DNA of 64,000 nucleotides from Eledone cirrhosa (Eukaryota): positions 192,944,001-193,008,000 of the forward strand of contig OZ024741.1 of NCBI GenBank assembly GCA_964016885.1, given 5' to 3'. The first letter of the stretch is position 1. Each line of letters starts with the position of its first letter. This document shows, in pieces, positions 26,702-39,274 of the stretch. Under the pieces are notes generated by a model. It was not told the DNA's origin. It did not search any database and was given only the letters and a program-made list of their open reading frames with translations. The translations under genes were made by a program, and so were the position numbers.

Positions 26702-27289
26702 CTAGCAGTGGTACCCGGCGTTGCACGGGATAAGGTATTGTGAAATATATAACCACCTTAGCTAACCTTGGTATTGCCACAACCACGGCTCTCAAAGAAA
26801 TAAGGCTCTGGTGGTACGTAAGTAAGCAACACTGTGGCTTAAAAGGTGAGGAAGAAGTTGTGTGCACTTACCAACTGTTTGAGTGTAAGATTTGTCTTGA
26901 GCAAGGGTGGCGAAATAACAGGAGGCAGCAGGTAGCCAGACATACAGACATAAATTATAAGGGCGCGTTCTGGATGCAGAGCGAATTGTAGGAAGTGACG
27001 TAATGCAGACAGCAGACATACAGACAGATATTATAAGGGCGCGACGTTATATGTATGTACATATCTAAAAAGAGAAAGACTAAGAATTATAGAGAGAGAT
27101 CGCTAAATCGCCTAATGCGGTCTCTAAGGCATTGAAAGTTTGAAACTTTCTTTGCTCAGAACACTCCCTGAAACATAAGTATTACATGTGTAAAGTTTGA
27201 AAACAGTTGGTTGGGTGCTTCTCTAGTTTTAGGGATTCAAACTCACACACACACACACAGACAGACATCCTCAGTTTTATATATATAGA
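26702..27289 (-). mobile_element. Complete non-autonomous Helitron
   Basis: Minus-strand 5' end TCtatatatataaaactgaggatgtctgtctgtgtg at 27289; 3' end cccgtgcaacgccgggtaccactgCTAG at 26702. Confidence 0.8.
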
Positions 27290-27803
27290 CTAGCAGAAAA
27301 CCACCCGGTGGGCGGTTTTCTGCTAGCAAATCTAGTGTATAAACTGATATTGTTGAGATTTGGATGAGAAATGTTTTCGGCACCACATGTTCACCGCCTC
27401 TCGGTGTGTCTTTTATGCATGTATAAATATATATGTTATCTATACGGTTAAATATTTGAAATAAATATATGTTAAAACGAAAAAGGAGAAAAAGAGATTA
27501 GTGACGGAAATATAAACGTTATGATACATAAACGTTATGATATAACGATGGAAATATATAAACGTTTACGATAAAATGATGGAATTAGAAACGTTTATAT
27601 ATAATGATAAGCCGAAACACTCGTAAGCCGAAACACTCGTAAGTCGAAACACTCGTAAAGCGAAACGTATAAATAAAGATTAATGTAATGAATTTGAAAA
27701 GCATAGAGATTTGAAACCGCGTCTATTTGTTTCCTTGGCATTTTTTACAGACGGACAGACAGACAAACAAACAGAGAAATGCCCATTATATATTATAAGT
27801 AGA
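27290..27803 (-). mobile_element. Second non-autonomous Helitron, joined head-to-tail to the first
   Basis: 5' end TCtacttataatatataatgggcatttctctgtttg at 27803. 3' hairpin and CTAG at 27290-27293. Internal tandem cgaaacactcgtaag x3. Confidence 0.7.
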
Positions 27804-28060
27804 CTTGGCAGGGTGTCAAGTCAGAACTGCCTCGAACTGGTTACTTCTGGCTTGTGCAAGGTGTCTCTATAGCAACAAGCGATTCCCTCGACCTCAGTGA
27901 CCAAAGTCAGTGGAGAGGGGAAGGTAATGTTTCTATAGCGACAGTGTTTCTCTTGGTAGTACCAAAGTGGAGAAAGGAAGGGGAAGGTATTATTTCTGTA
28001 GCACCTACATTTGAGTTTTAGGGAAGGACAGACAGACAGACAAACAGAGAAATGCCCATA
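27804..28060 (-). mobile_element. Third, decayed Helitron derivative related to the 5' region of the large Helitron
   Basis: Ends in CAAG at the junction. Shares gaccaaagt..gtggagaggggaaggtaatg with 50780-50940, and gggcatttctctgtttg with the previous element. Confidence 0.55.
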
Positions 28061-28069
28061 TATTTCTGC

Positions 28070-28074
<5 letters not shown>

Positions 28075-28105
<31 letters not shown>

Positions 28106-28132
28106 CACACACAGAAATGTATATATATTTCT

Positions 28133-28164
<32 letters not shown>

Positions 28165-29030
28165 TACACACACAGAAATGTATATATATTTCTGTGTGTA
28201 TATATATATATATTACACACACAGAAATGTATATATATTTCTGTGTGTATTTATATATATTTCTGTGTGTGTATATATATATATTACACACACAGAAATG
28301 TATATATATTTCTTAGAACAAAATTATTATTAATGTTTTGCTGTTCATAACAATTGGAATTGAAAAATTACTTTTGAAATTATTAGTTATTTTACTAATG
28401 CTTAGATATGTAAAAATGAAGCAATGTTTCTAATAATTGTTTCTACTTTTGGCACAAGGCCAGCAATTACTCAGTACATTACTGGTACTTTATTTTATCG
28501 ACCCTGTGAGGATGAAAGGCAAAGTTAACCTCGGCGGTATTTGAACTCAGACCGTAAAGGGACGTAACTCCATGCTATGAAGCATGGTGTCCGACTCTCT
28601 ACAGATTCTGCCAATCCACCGCCCTAATGTCTGTACGTAATGAGGGAGTGAGAGGGGAGAGAAAGAAAGGCAGAGCTGAAGTGACGAAGTGACTCTCTCT
28701 TCCTCCTCCATCTCCCCATTCGTCACAGCGATAGAGGGGAGGAATGTTAGTGTGTTACAAATAGAAAGAGTGAGAGTGAGAGAAACAGACAGACTAAAAG
28801 AGAGGGATAGCTGGAGAGAGAGAGAGAGATAGCAACAGATACAGTACAGTAGCTAAGGGATGTATATATATATATATTTCTGTGTGTATATATATATATA
28901 CATTTCTGTGTGTGTAATATATATATATACACACAGAAATATATATACATTTCTGTGTGTGTATATATATATATATATATATTACACGCACAGAAATGTA
29001 TATATATTTCTGTATGTGTATATATATATA
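28075..29030. repeat. Self-complementary minisatellite (acacagaaat-(TA)n-atttctgtgt) in two blocks flanking a SINE
   Basis: Repeated units at 28075-28312 and 28860-29030. Confidence 0.85.
28434..28624 (-). mobile_element. Main tRNA-SINE copy
   Basis: Matches the family; its 3' end abuts taataat. Confidence 0.9.
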
Positions 29031-29888
29031 CTATTAATAATGAGTTCAAAACTCAGGCAGTCCTTTACAATGAAATAGCTCAAAGAAAGAAGTATTTCTG
29101 AGCCGTGTAATACAAGTTAATATAAATTAATATATTTGATAAACACAAATACCAGGTTTAAACCTAAAAATCCAAATAAGTTTCGAAAAATGAAAAAGTG
29201 AAAAAATACCGCATTTTGATCTCCTCAGCAAGCACTAGAAAAATTGGTATGTTTCACTTCAAAATATTTAAAAAGACTGTTTAACGCACATGGTTTTTCA
29301 CACATGGTTATCCAGTGTCTAGCTGCCGCATACTCGTGCTGCTAGAAATAACAGCCGTTTATATGGGGCTAAAGTTAGCTCAACAGAGGAGCAGTGATAC
29401 TATTAATAATGGGTTCAAAACTCAGGCAGTCATTTACAATGAAATAGCTCAAAGAAAGAAGTATTTCTGAGCCGTGTAATACAAGTTAATATAAATTAAT
29501 ATATTTGATAAACACAAATACCAATATATTCGTGTTTGTATTGTAAATGACTAAGTTAGCTAGATTGAAAAATACTAATTATAATAATACAGTTTGCCTG
29601 TCTCGATTTAAAATAATAAATCAATAAAAACAAAGCATATTGGCAAATGGCCGTGGTGCTTGGACAAATTTAAATTTCAAAATCAAACCTGTTCCGTAGA
29701 CAGGTTTAAACCTTAAAATCCAAATAAGTTTCGAAAAATGAAAAAGTGAAAAAATACCGCATTTTGATCTCCTCAGCAAGCACTAGAAAAATTGGTATAT
29801 TTCACTTCAAAATATTTAAAAAGACTGTTTAACGCACATGGTTTTTCACACATGGTTATCCAGCGTTAAACAGTCTTTTTAAATATTC
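29031..29888. repeat. Near-identical direct duplications with a terminal foldback
   Basis: 29031-29153 matches 29400-29523, and 29153-29315 matches 29701-29863. 29811-29835 is inverted at 29863-29888. Confidence 0.85.
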
Positions 29889-29889
29889 G

Positions 29890-32215
29890 AACAGACTGGT
29901 TAGTTCGACTTCATCGACTCCCAGAGCCTCTCCGAGTGCGTCGTCGCACTTGCCCACCACTAATCCTCTATAGAACTCGAGAGTGGAAGTTCCACTGACC
30001 GTATTGCCCGCCTGGTAGAGAGCAGTGAGTGCCTGGCAACATTGCAGATGCTAGTCACCCAGTCTCGGTCTCTTCTTGAGCCAGGACTGCAGCTCAGTCA
30101 AAGAAACGAGCTGCGGAAAGGCCCGTCTGACAAACGGTGACCACACCTGTTCACCGTTTAGGCAGAATATCTGGAGATGCCGCAGCCTCAGTGCGTGTCT
30201 GCGCATCATTAGCCACGGCATGCCCAGCCCTCCACGTAGAGGGTGCTGGCAGCAGATGGACCGCCTCACCAGCGGAACTTGACCCCTCCAGAAGAATTTG
30301 AAGAGGAGCTGCTCCAAGATGGCGAGGCACAAACGGGGGAAAGGGTGACGGTCAGACGGTAGTAGATGACGGACGCGATGTACGCGTTCGCCACCTCCGC
30401 CCGACCTTTCAGTGATAGCTTCCTCCCAGCCCATTTCTGGGTGAGACTGGCTACCCTGCCCGTCACCTCGTCCCAATTCTTATCCATATGGAGGTCTGGC
30501 CCGAACCAAACCCCGAGCAACTTTACCGGTCCGTCCGTCCAGCGCCTAACGACGCTGTTGGACGGCATGGACTTGCCTCTCCAGGTGCCAAGTTGCAAGC
30601 CCACCGACTTTTCCGGGTTAAGTTTTGCTCCCGTCAACCTTTCATATTCCTCCAATAAGTTGCCGACCACCTCGATTTCTGAGGTGTCCGACACCATCAT
30701 GGTGATGTCGTCCGCATAAGCAGACACAGCCTTTCCGCCTCCCGGTTCGAGCGGGATGCCCTGCAACAGCTCCAGCTTCCGCAGTAAAGGATCGAGAGTC
30801 AATATGTACAGAAGGGAGGAGAGAGGGCACCCTTGACGGACCGATCGAGAGACCTGAAAGAGTTCCGAGAGGTGGCCATTAATTTTGACCCCCGAGCAGG
30901 TGCCGCTGTGCATTGCAGCGATCCAGCTTCTGAAGACGGGGCTGAAGCCAGCCGCCTTGAGGACAGCGTCCAGGTACCGATGGTCGACCCTATCGAATGC
31001 TTTCGATTGTTCTAAATTGATCAGAGCCCCACCGAAGCCAGGTTTAAACCCTACACTCTCTATGATGTATCTCATTAGGTGGAGGTTGTCGTTTATGGAC
31101 CTGGTTAGGATTGCGCAAGTTTGCGCCTCCCGAACCAAATCCCCGATGACAAGCGCCAACCTCTTCGCTAATACCCTGGCCAAAATCTTAAACTCTGTGT
31201 TGAGCAGAGTTATGGGCCTGAAATTGTCTAATGTATCCCTCTTGTTCTCGTCTTTCCTTATCAGCGTCACTACGCCCCGGCTCACAGAACTGGGAATACT
31301 CCCGTTTTGCTGCCAGTTGCAGTAGAGGGCTTCGAGGAGATTGGAGAACAAGTCTGGTATACTTACGTAAAGCTCGTAGGGCAGAACATCCAAACCGGGT
31401 GACTTGCGCCACATGCAGCCGACAAAGGCATCCTGAATCTCGGCTGAAGTAATTGGCCTTTCGCAGCGCCCAGCGTCAGCCGTTGAGAGTTGCGGCAAGC
31501 CATCCAGGTAGGGACTGAAGTCCACCACCGACTTTGACCCGCCACTTCCCCCGAACAACCGAGCAAAATGTTGGCGAAAGGCCCCACACATCTGCTTGGA
31601 ATCGCTCAGCTCGTGTCCGTCTCGGTCCGTGAAGGACCGAATCGTGGTTTTATTACCACGCTGCGCCTCTGCCACGCGGGCCCATCGAAGAGCTTTGGTT
31701 CCCTCATTTCTCAGAGCACGCGCCTTAGCTCTGACAATGCAACCTTCGCGTTTCGCATTGAAGAAATGGTCTAAGGCCATTCTCGCCGCTAGCACGTCAG
31801 TTGCAATGTCACTATCAATAGCCTCGTCTAATTTATCTACCAACTCCCCCTCCTTTCTATTTTTCTCTAACGCTAGTTCTTTGCTAAACTCTATCGACAT
31901 TACTCTAATCTCTCTTTTGAGAGCCACCCACCATCTATTGTTGACGACTACCCCTGTCAACTTTTTCTTAATTAAATTGTTGACCTGGTCCCTGTAAGAC
32001 TTACGTGCCGGAAATGACATGTTTAGCTTCCAGTAACCAGGTCCTAACCTACGCGTCTTATCTAGGTCGACCATACAGATCACAAACATCTGATCTGAAT
32101 AGGCGACCCTTTTAAAACATGGACATCTTACACTACTTCTGTCTTAGTGACGTACTCAGAAAGGATTCCAGGCGTCTAAAGAAGTCCGGCCGTCCTGCCC
32201 CAGTAGGGGCATGAT
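29890..32215 (-). mobile_element. L1/Tx1-clade LINE, truncated ORF2
   Basis: GPGYWKLN, KSPGLD, NFRPITLLNTEFKIL, SKAFDRVDH, VRQGCPLS, YADD, KLLGVWF, GGLGMP. Confidence 0.92.
30266..32089 (-). CDS. Open 607-codon stretch of Tx1 ORF2 (reverse transcriptase domain); the element is truncated and frameshifted near 30340
   Basis: ORF track; RT motifs including YADD lie in one frame. Confidence 0.8.
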   Translation of the reverse strand: MFVICMVDLDKTRRLGPGYWKLNMSFPARKSYRDQVNNLIKKKLTGVVVNNRWWVALKREIRVMSIEFSKELALEKNRKEGELVDKLDEAIDSDIATDVLAARMALDHFFNAKREGCIVRAKARALRNEGTKALRWARVAEAQRGNKTTIRSFTDRDGHELSDSKQMCGAFRQHFARLFGGSGGSKSVVDFSPYLDGLPQLSTADAGRCERPITSAEIQDAFVGCMWRKSPGLDVLPYELYVSIPDLFSNLLEALYCNWQQNGSIPSSVSRGVVTLIRKDENKRDTLDNFRPITLLNTEFKILARVLAKRLALVIGDLVREAQTCAILTRSINDNLHLMRYIIESVGFKPGFGGALINLEQSKAFDRVDHRYLDAVLKAAGFSPVFRSWIAAMHSGTCSGVKINGHLSELFQVSRSVRQGCPLSSLLYILTLDPLLRKLELLQGIPLEPGGGKAVSAYADDITMMVSDTSEIEVVGNLLEEYERLTGAKLNPEKSVGLQLGTWRGKSMPSNSVVRRWTDGPVKLLGVWFGPDLHMDKNWDEVTGRVASLTQKWAGRKLSLKGRAEVANAYIASVIYYRLTVTLSPVCASPSWSSSSSNSSGGVKFRW

Positions 32216-32263
32216 GGCCACAGACTCAATAATAATAATAATAATAATAATAACAATAATAAT

Positions 32264-35200
32264 GATTTCTTTATTGGCCACATCAAGAAAAACATTACAG
32301 ACGGCACAGGACGGTACAGGACGGTACGATGTGGGTTTTGTGCATGTAAAGATTTGTATTATTTATATAAGAAAAGGAAAAAAAGGACAGAAACATATAT
32401 ATATATATAAACAATAAAAATGAAAATTGAAACAATGAAAAATTCCCAAATAGGAGGGAAAACCACACAAAAGACCACGGCCACCCTGACCACCAGGGCA
32501 AGCGCCCTCTCTCAATGTTTCCATTTCTCAAACTACAGGCATATATTCAGAACAGTCCCGTTCACTCGGACCATTCTCGCTACATTCACCCACCTTTCAA
32601 CAAACTTGCTAGAAGGCGGCACTTGCCTCTCCACCCTGATTTTCCTCTTCAAGTGAAACTTGAAAAAGTTAATTAGGGGTTCGCCGAAGAGGAAAGTATC
32701 TGTCTTTAACCCTTTCAACCTAGTCCACCACACAATCTCTTTCGCCATGGCACCAGGCAGATGAAAACCGCCTGCCCTTCCTCCTCGAAGGAAGACGGCG
32801 ACACCATCTGCACAATGGATGCTGTCGATAACCGATCAGTTCTACACGCGACAGCAACTGCTCGACATAGCTCCACAAGTCAGCAATGCTCGGGCACTGA
32901 ACGAGTGCGTGCACGACGGTTTCGTCGCTCTGCGCGCATCTCGGACAGGCTCGGCTGACGGCACTTCCGTGTCTGTAAAGCTTATCTCAAACCGGCAACG
33001 CTCCCCGGTAGCACTGCTAGGCCAGGGATTTTTGGAAGTTATCCATAGGTCCTGGGCTAAAAGTTCTCCGGAAGAGAGCAAACACCTGATCTTTTTCGAC
33101 GCCAAGGATCTCTCCGAGTACATCGTCGCTCTTCCCCTCCACTAGTCCTCTATAGAACTCCGACGTGGATGCTTCACCGCTACTGGTGCCCAGCTGGCAG
33201 AGGGAAGTGAGCGCCTGGAGACATTCCAGTTTACAAGCGCTATCCCTCGGTCTTTTCCTGACCCAGGACTGCAGCTCTGTCAAGGAGACGAGCTGTGGGA
33301 AAACGTGCCTGGCGAACAGCGACAACACCTGTTCACCGTCAAGGAAGCACCAGAGATGTCGCAGCCTCAGCGCATGTTTGCGCATCATCAGCCATGGCAT
33401 ACCCAATCCTCCACGCAACGGGTGTTGACAGCAGATGGATCGTCTGACCATGGGAGCGCGTCCCTTCCACAACAAACGAAGAGGATGCGCTCCATTTTGG
33501 TGAGAGTTGGGCCGGGGCAAGGGACGACGTGAAGTGGTAGCAGATGACGGATGCGATGTACGCATTCGCCACTACCGCCCTACCTTTAGGGACAGCTTCC
33601 TCTCGGCCCATTTCTGGGTGAGGGAGGCCACCTTGCCCGTCACACGCTCCAGTTTTTCTCCATCTGGAGGTCCGGTCCGAACTAGACGCCGAGCAATTTA
33701 ACCGGTCCGCCCGTCCAACGCCCCACGATGAAGTCGGACGGCATGGACTTGCCTCTCCAGGTGCCGATCTGCAAGCCCACCGACTTTTGCTGGTTTATCT
33801 TTGCTCCTGTCACCGCTTCGTATTCCTTGAGAGCGGTGCCGAGCAACTGGAGGTGTCTGGTGCTCGACACCACCACGGTGACGTCGTCGGCGTAAGCCAA
33901 CTCGGATTTACCGCATCTTAGTTCGCGTGGGACGCACCTCATCGCCCCCAGTTTGTGCAGTAACGGCTCGAGAGCCAATACTTACAAAGGGACGAGAGGG
34001 GACAACACTGGCGGTCCGAGCGCATGATGCTGAACGGCTGCTACAGGTGACCGTTCACCCTCACAACTGAGCAGATATCGCTGTACATCGCAGCGATCCA
34101 ACCCCTGAAAACGGGCCCGAATCCGGCTGCCTCGAGGACCGTCGCCAGGTACCGATGATCGACCCTATCGAATGCTTTGGATTGATCCAAGTTGATCAGG
34201 GCTCCACCCGTCCCAGGTTCCTTAACCACCCTCTCTATGATGTATCGCATGAGGTGGAGGTTGTCGTGTATGAATCTGTCCGGAATGGCGCATGTCTGCG
34301 CCTCTCCCACCAGAACTTTGACGACAAGCGCCACCTCGTTGCTAACACCTTGGCCAAAATCTTGAACTCTGCGTTTAGCAGGGTTATGGGCCTGAAGTTA
34401 TCGATAACATCCCCCTTATTCGGGTCTTTTCTCAGCAGCGCCACCGATCCCCGGCTCACAAACTGGGAATTCTCCCGTTCTGTTGCCAGTTACAGTAGAC
34501 GTCTGCCAAGAGGTCACCGAACAAGTCTGGCATAAATGCATAAATCTCGTAGGGCATACCATCAAAACATGGCGATTTACCCCTAGTGCAGTTAGCCATC
34601 GCTTCCCATATTTCACCGGCTGTTATTGGGTTTTCGCAACACTGTGCTGCGGTCGTCGAGAGCCGAAGCAGTCCGTCGCGGTATGCACTGAAGTCCATAC
34701 CCCGATCCGGCCCGCCGCTGCTCCCGAACAGTTCACCAAAGTGTTGCTGAAAAGCTTCACACATCTGCTCGGGTTCGAGCAACACGCGCCCGTTTTGGTC
34801 AGACAAAGACCGAATTGTGGCTTTGTTGCCACGTCGTGCCTCTGCCATCTGGGACCATTGGACGGCTTTTGTCCCCTCGTGTTTCAGAGCACGCGCTCTA
34901 GCTCTGACAACGCAGCCTTCGTGTCAGAGCGAACCACCACCTGTTGTTGACGACCGCTCCCCTCAACGCCCGCTTAACTAATACGCTAATCCGGTCTCTG
35001 TAAGCTTTGCGCGCCGGGGAAGACGCGTTCAGCTTCCAGTAACCAGGCCCTTGTCTATGAAGTCTGTCTATGTCGATCTCACAGATCACAAATTTGTGGT
35101 CTGTGTAGTCGACTATTTTAAATTGTGGTCAACTTATACTAGCCTTATCTAGTTCTCTGCAGAATACCCTATCGAGATACGATCTGGATGACCCGATACG

Positions 35201-38045
35201 GTTTGTCCATGTCCACATTGGCACATTCGGGTGATCCAGTTGATACCTATCAGACAGGTCAAAACATCTGAGCAGGTTGGTCAGGCTCTTGCAACCTCCT
35301 CCCCTATCCACTAGCCCCACACAATCCCAGCGTGCATCCAAGATACCGTTCCAGTCGCTCACTAACACTAACGAGCGGGACGTTCGAAGAAAGGTCTCTA
35401 GACGTCTGAAGAAATCTGACCGTCCTGCCCCTGTTGGGGCGTAGACGGCTACTAGCCTGAAAGCGTTGCCTTCGCTGGCTGTCACGTCCAATACCACAGA
35501 CGTACCTTTTGGGTCCAGGAAAGGAAGATGGCCCGTATGACGAGATCCAAGCCTCTCCGAAAAAGCACAGCAACTCCGCCCCCGATCCCGGACGGCTGGG
35601 AGATGCGTATACATCGTAGCCGCCGAAGATCGGTGTGAAGTCTCGTGCTTCGGAAATTCTGGTCTCGCTGATGGCCACCACATCTATGTTTAGTGACCCG
35701 ATATCGTTAAGCAGGTGACACTGTTTCCAAGATGACCCCAGGCCACGTACATTTATACTACCTATTCTAAGTAAGGCCATATTGGGTGAGGAATGGAGTA
35801 AGTTAGAAAGGATTGCCTACCCTAATCGTGCGGGAAAGGGACAGTCGAACCGTCCGTTTGGCTGGTCATGGGTGTACAAAATAATGTCCATGTATATCCT
35901 TTTGGTAACTGACCCTCCGAAGTCTCCAACTGCGTTGGGGAATTTTTCTTTTAAATGTTTATAATGTTCTTTTTTAATTTCAATAATGTTTATATTTTTC
36001 GGGAAAGTTGGTGTTGGTGGGGTGTAGTAATTTTTGTCTGTAATGCCTGTGTGCTGCTTTATATATTCTAAGAGTTCTTTATTTGCCATGTTTATGGCTG
36101 TGTATTGTTTTTTGTGGGGTTTGGTTTTGTTGCTGTTTTCTTGTTGCTGCTGTTGGGTATGTTTGTCTTGTATTTGTGATGTTGATGTTTGTGGTGATGC
36201 TGGTGGTGGTGGTGTGATGTTTATTGGTGGTGATGGTGGTGGCGTTACTGCGAGTCGCCTTGCAGCCTTTACCTCTCTTTGTTTGCTTTCGCTTTTGGAG
36301 GGTGAAGCTAAGGGGTTCTTTCTTTTTTGTTTTGTTTTTTGGCAGACCGTTTGCCACTTCACTCCCGCTTCAGACTCCATGTCGGATTCCGTGGGGTCTG
36401 GGAGGGGTATATTCTCCACAGCTGTTTGTGGTGGTAGTAGAGCCTTCTCTGGCGATATTGTTGCTGGTGCAGCTACTGCAAATGTTGCTACTGGTGATGC
36501 CGCCACTAAAGCTGTTGTTTTAGTTGTCCGTGGCCTTGGTATGGGTGCCACGGACGTTGCCCTCCTACTCACCGTGGAAGGGTCTTCTGCTTTTGTTGCC
36601 TGCCATGCTCTTGGTAGCAGCGGACCAGGCATTGGAAGGAGAGGGGCCGTCTTCTTCCCTGTCTTCTGCGGGCAAAAGGCCCTGAGGTGACCCTTTAACC
36701 CACGGAGATAACATTTTAGGCGCCTTCCTTCCACGCTTATAGGGAGTTGGAGTCCTTCCTCGAGGTCAATTATATCAGGGATAGCCTCGATACACTCCTG
36801 GTCAGTTTTCTATTAGCATTTTCATGCCTATACCTGACCAGTTCTCTCTCCCTTATTTCTCCACTTGCAGCATGGTCGTCCTGTCCTCAATTCCAGCAAG
36901 GACAGACGCGGCCAGCCAAGGTATGGGCACGTCGGACGGGACGTGGGTCACTTTGACCCTCACAATGTTCTGTCCACAGTAGGAGGACACCAAAACTATC
37001 TCCCTACTCTTTAGTGTCACCAAAGAGTGAGACTTCACCTCCTGGGGGATGGGTGGCAAAAAGTACGTCTACTGTGGCATATTTTTTTCCTCGGGAGTTG
37101 TGGGTTTTGCGCGCCCAGACGCACCCCAAGGCCTTTTGGATTTGAGCCTCCGTGGCTCTCTCCACCCGATGTGATATTTTGTTTTCAGTGCGGTAAGTTA
37201 CCGTCCGTAACTGCTGGTCCTTGAAAAATTCGGCCGGGGGTGTCAGGGAGACTCGATTGACATTTCTTGTCACCATGGCCCTTGCGATTGCCAACTCCTT
37301 CTCTGTGACTAGCACTGTTTCGATATTTCGGGCCACACCTGCAAAAGGAGTGGTCCCTTTTTCAACATCACCGCTACTGCTGCTACTGGTCTTACTGGTG
37401 GTGCTGAGATCGCTGTTACTGGTATCGATGTCATTGTTGATGTTTTCGTTAGTACTGTTGTTGCTGTTATTGTTGTCATTGTTGTTTTCATTGATACTGT
37501 TGCTGCTGTCACTGTTGTTGTGGCTGTTGTTATTGTTGTTGTTCTTATTGATACTCTTCCTACTATTATTGTTGTTGTGTCTGTTGTTATTGTCATTGTT
37601 ATTGTCTTTCTCGACCTTATCGCTGTTATTTTTGTTGTTGCTGTTGTTATTGATGGTGTTGTTGTTGGTGTTCTTGTTGATGTTGTTTATGTTAGTAATA
37701 TTTGGTAATTTTAAATCTGAAACAATATCATTAAAAAAGATATTGTTCCTCTTTTCTTCGTAATATTTCCCTTTATATTTACCTTCGCTAGAACGCTGTC
37801 TTGTTGATATGTTGACAAAGTCTCCCTCTCTCTGAGTTGTCAGACAGCGCTCTGTCGCTCTTTCTTGTGTTATCCATGTTGAAAGCAATATGGGTGCCGT
37901 ATTATTTACGAGTGAACCCCCTGTATTAGGTAGGTCACTTCTTCTAAACTTTTATCAAGTTTAAAACTTGAATAAAAGGTTAAGAACGGTTGAAATCGAT
38001 AAATACTGTTGAAAGAAACTGGAGCCGATAAGAAGCGTGGCTTCA
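32264..38045 (-). mobile_element. Near full-length decayed L1/Tx1 LINE (ORF1 ~37888-35817, ORF2 ~35780-32533)
   Basis: ORF1 has a decayed zinc knuckle (CYLRGLKGHLRAFC). ORF2 has MALLRIGSINVRGL, AISET, AVYAP, SYLDR, YADD and a C-terminal HALVQC. The 3' end ccaataaagaaatc runs into (ATT)n, and there is a TAA tract at the 5' flank. Confidence 0.92.
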
Positions 38046-38071
38046 CCATCAATAATAGTAATAATAATAGT

Positions 38072-39265
38072 TTTCTTTATTAAGCACTAGGGTTGACATT
38101 AAGTATAACATTAAAGACATCACAGAACGTTACAGGACGGTACGAATTGGCAGTTCTGCGTGTAAAGTAAAAAACACCCTTCCGAGGGACATTCGTGGAG
38201 AAAGCCCATTAAAAAAGCCACGTTGACCTGACTACCAGGGCAAGTGCCCTCTCCCAGTTTTCCACCTTCAATGTACAGGCTCATACTCAGAGAAGGCCCA
38301 TTCACTCGGGCCATGTTTACCTCTCTCACCCATCTTTCAACAAAATTCTGGGAAGTGAGCACTTCCCTCTCCACTCTGATTTTCCTTTTCAAATGAAATT
38401 TGAAAAAGTTAATCAGGGCATCACCGAAGAGGTAAGTTCTCGTCTTCATCCCATTCAAACGCGTCCATCACACGATCTCTTTCGCTTTGGCCACCAGGCA
38501 GATAAACACTGCCTGCCCTTCCAGGCTAAAGGAAGACAGCGGAGCAATCCTCGCGATGGACTCAGCTGATAGCCGGATCCGTCCTACATGCGACAGCAGG
38601 TGTTCGATATAAACCCACAAGTCAGCAATGATCGGACACTGGACGAGTGCGTGCAGGACGGTTTCGTCTCCCTGCGCGCATCTCTGACAGGCCCGGCTGA
38701 CGGCACTTCCATGCCTGTAGAGTTTATCCCGAACTGGCAAAGCTATTCGGTCGTACTGCCAGGCCAGGGATTTCTGGAAGTTATCCATGGGTCCCGACCC
38801 GAAAGTGCTCCTGAAGGGATTGGCTACTTGATTTTCGTCGACGCCCAGAGTCTCTCCAAGGGCGTCGTCGCTCTTCCCCTCCACTAATCCTTTTCAGCGG
38901 CTGTTATCGGCTTTTCACAACACTCTGCCTCAGTGACCGAGAGCCGCGGCAGTCCGTCGAGGTAGGCAGTAAAGTCCATCCCGCAATGTGGCTCGCCGCA
39001 GCCTCCCGAACAGCTGGGCGAAGTGTCGTTCAAAAGATTCATACATTTGCCCGGGATCGAGTAACATGCACCTGACGTGGTCCTCCAAAGACCGGATCGT
39101 GGCTTTGTTGCCACGACGCGCCTCCGCCACTCGAGCCCATCGAACTGCTTTCGTCCCCTCGTGTTTGAGAGCACTCGCCCTAGCTCTGACAACGCAGCCT
39201 TCGTGCTTTGCATTGTATAATTGGTCGAGGGCCAATTTCGCCGCAAGCACATCGGTCGCGATGCC
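38072..39265 (-). mobile_element. L1/Tx1 fragment with a large internal deletion (junction ~38885)
   Basis: ..CEKPITAA is joined to GLVEGKSDD..CQRC..HALVQC. The 3' aataaagaaaa plus (ATT)-like tail lies at 38050-38082. Confidence 0.88.
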
Positions 39266-39274
39266 TTTAATAAT

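Noticed and set aside
27610-27666. Short direct repeats resembling a CRISPR array
   Set aside because: A contiguous 15-bp tandem with no unique spacers and no cas genes, in a eukaryotic context.
36034-37763. Hydrophobic plus-strand ORFs (also 49760-50287, 59634-60602, 14798-15406)
   Set aside because: They are antisense shadows of transposon ORFs.
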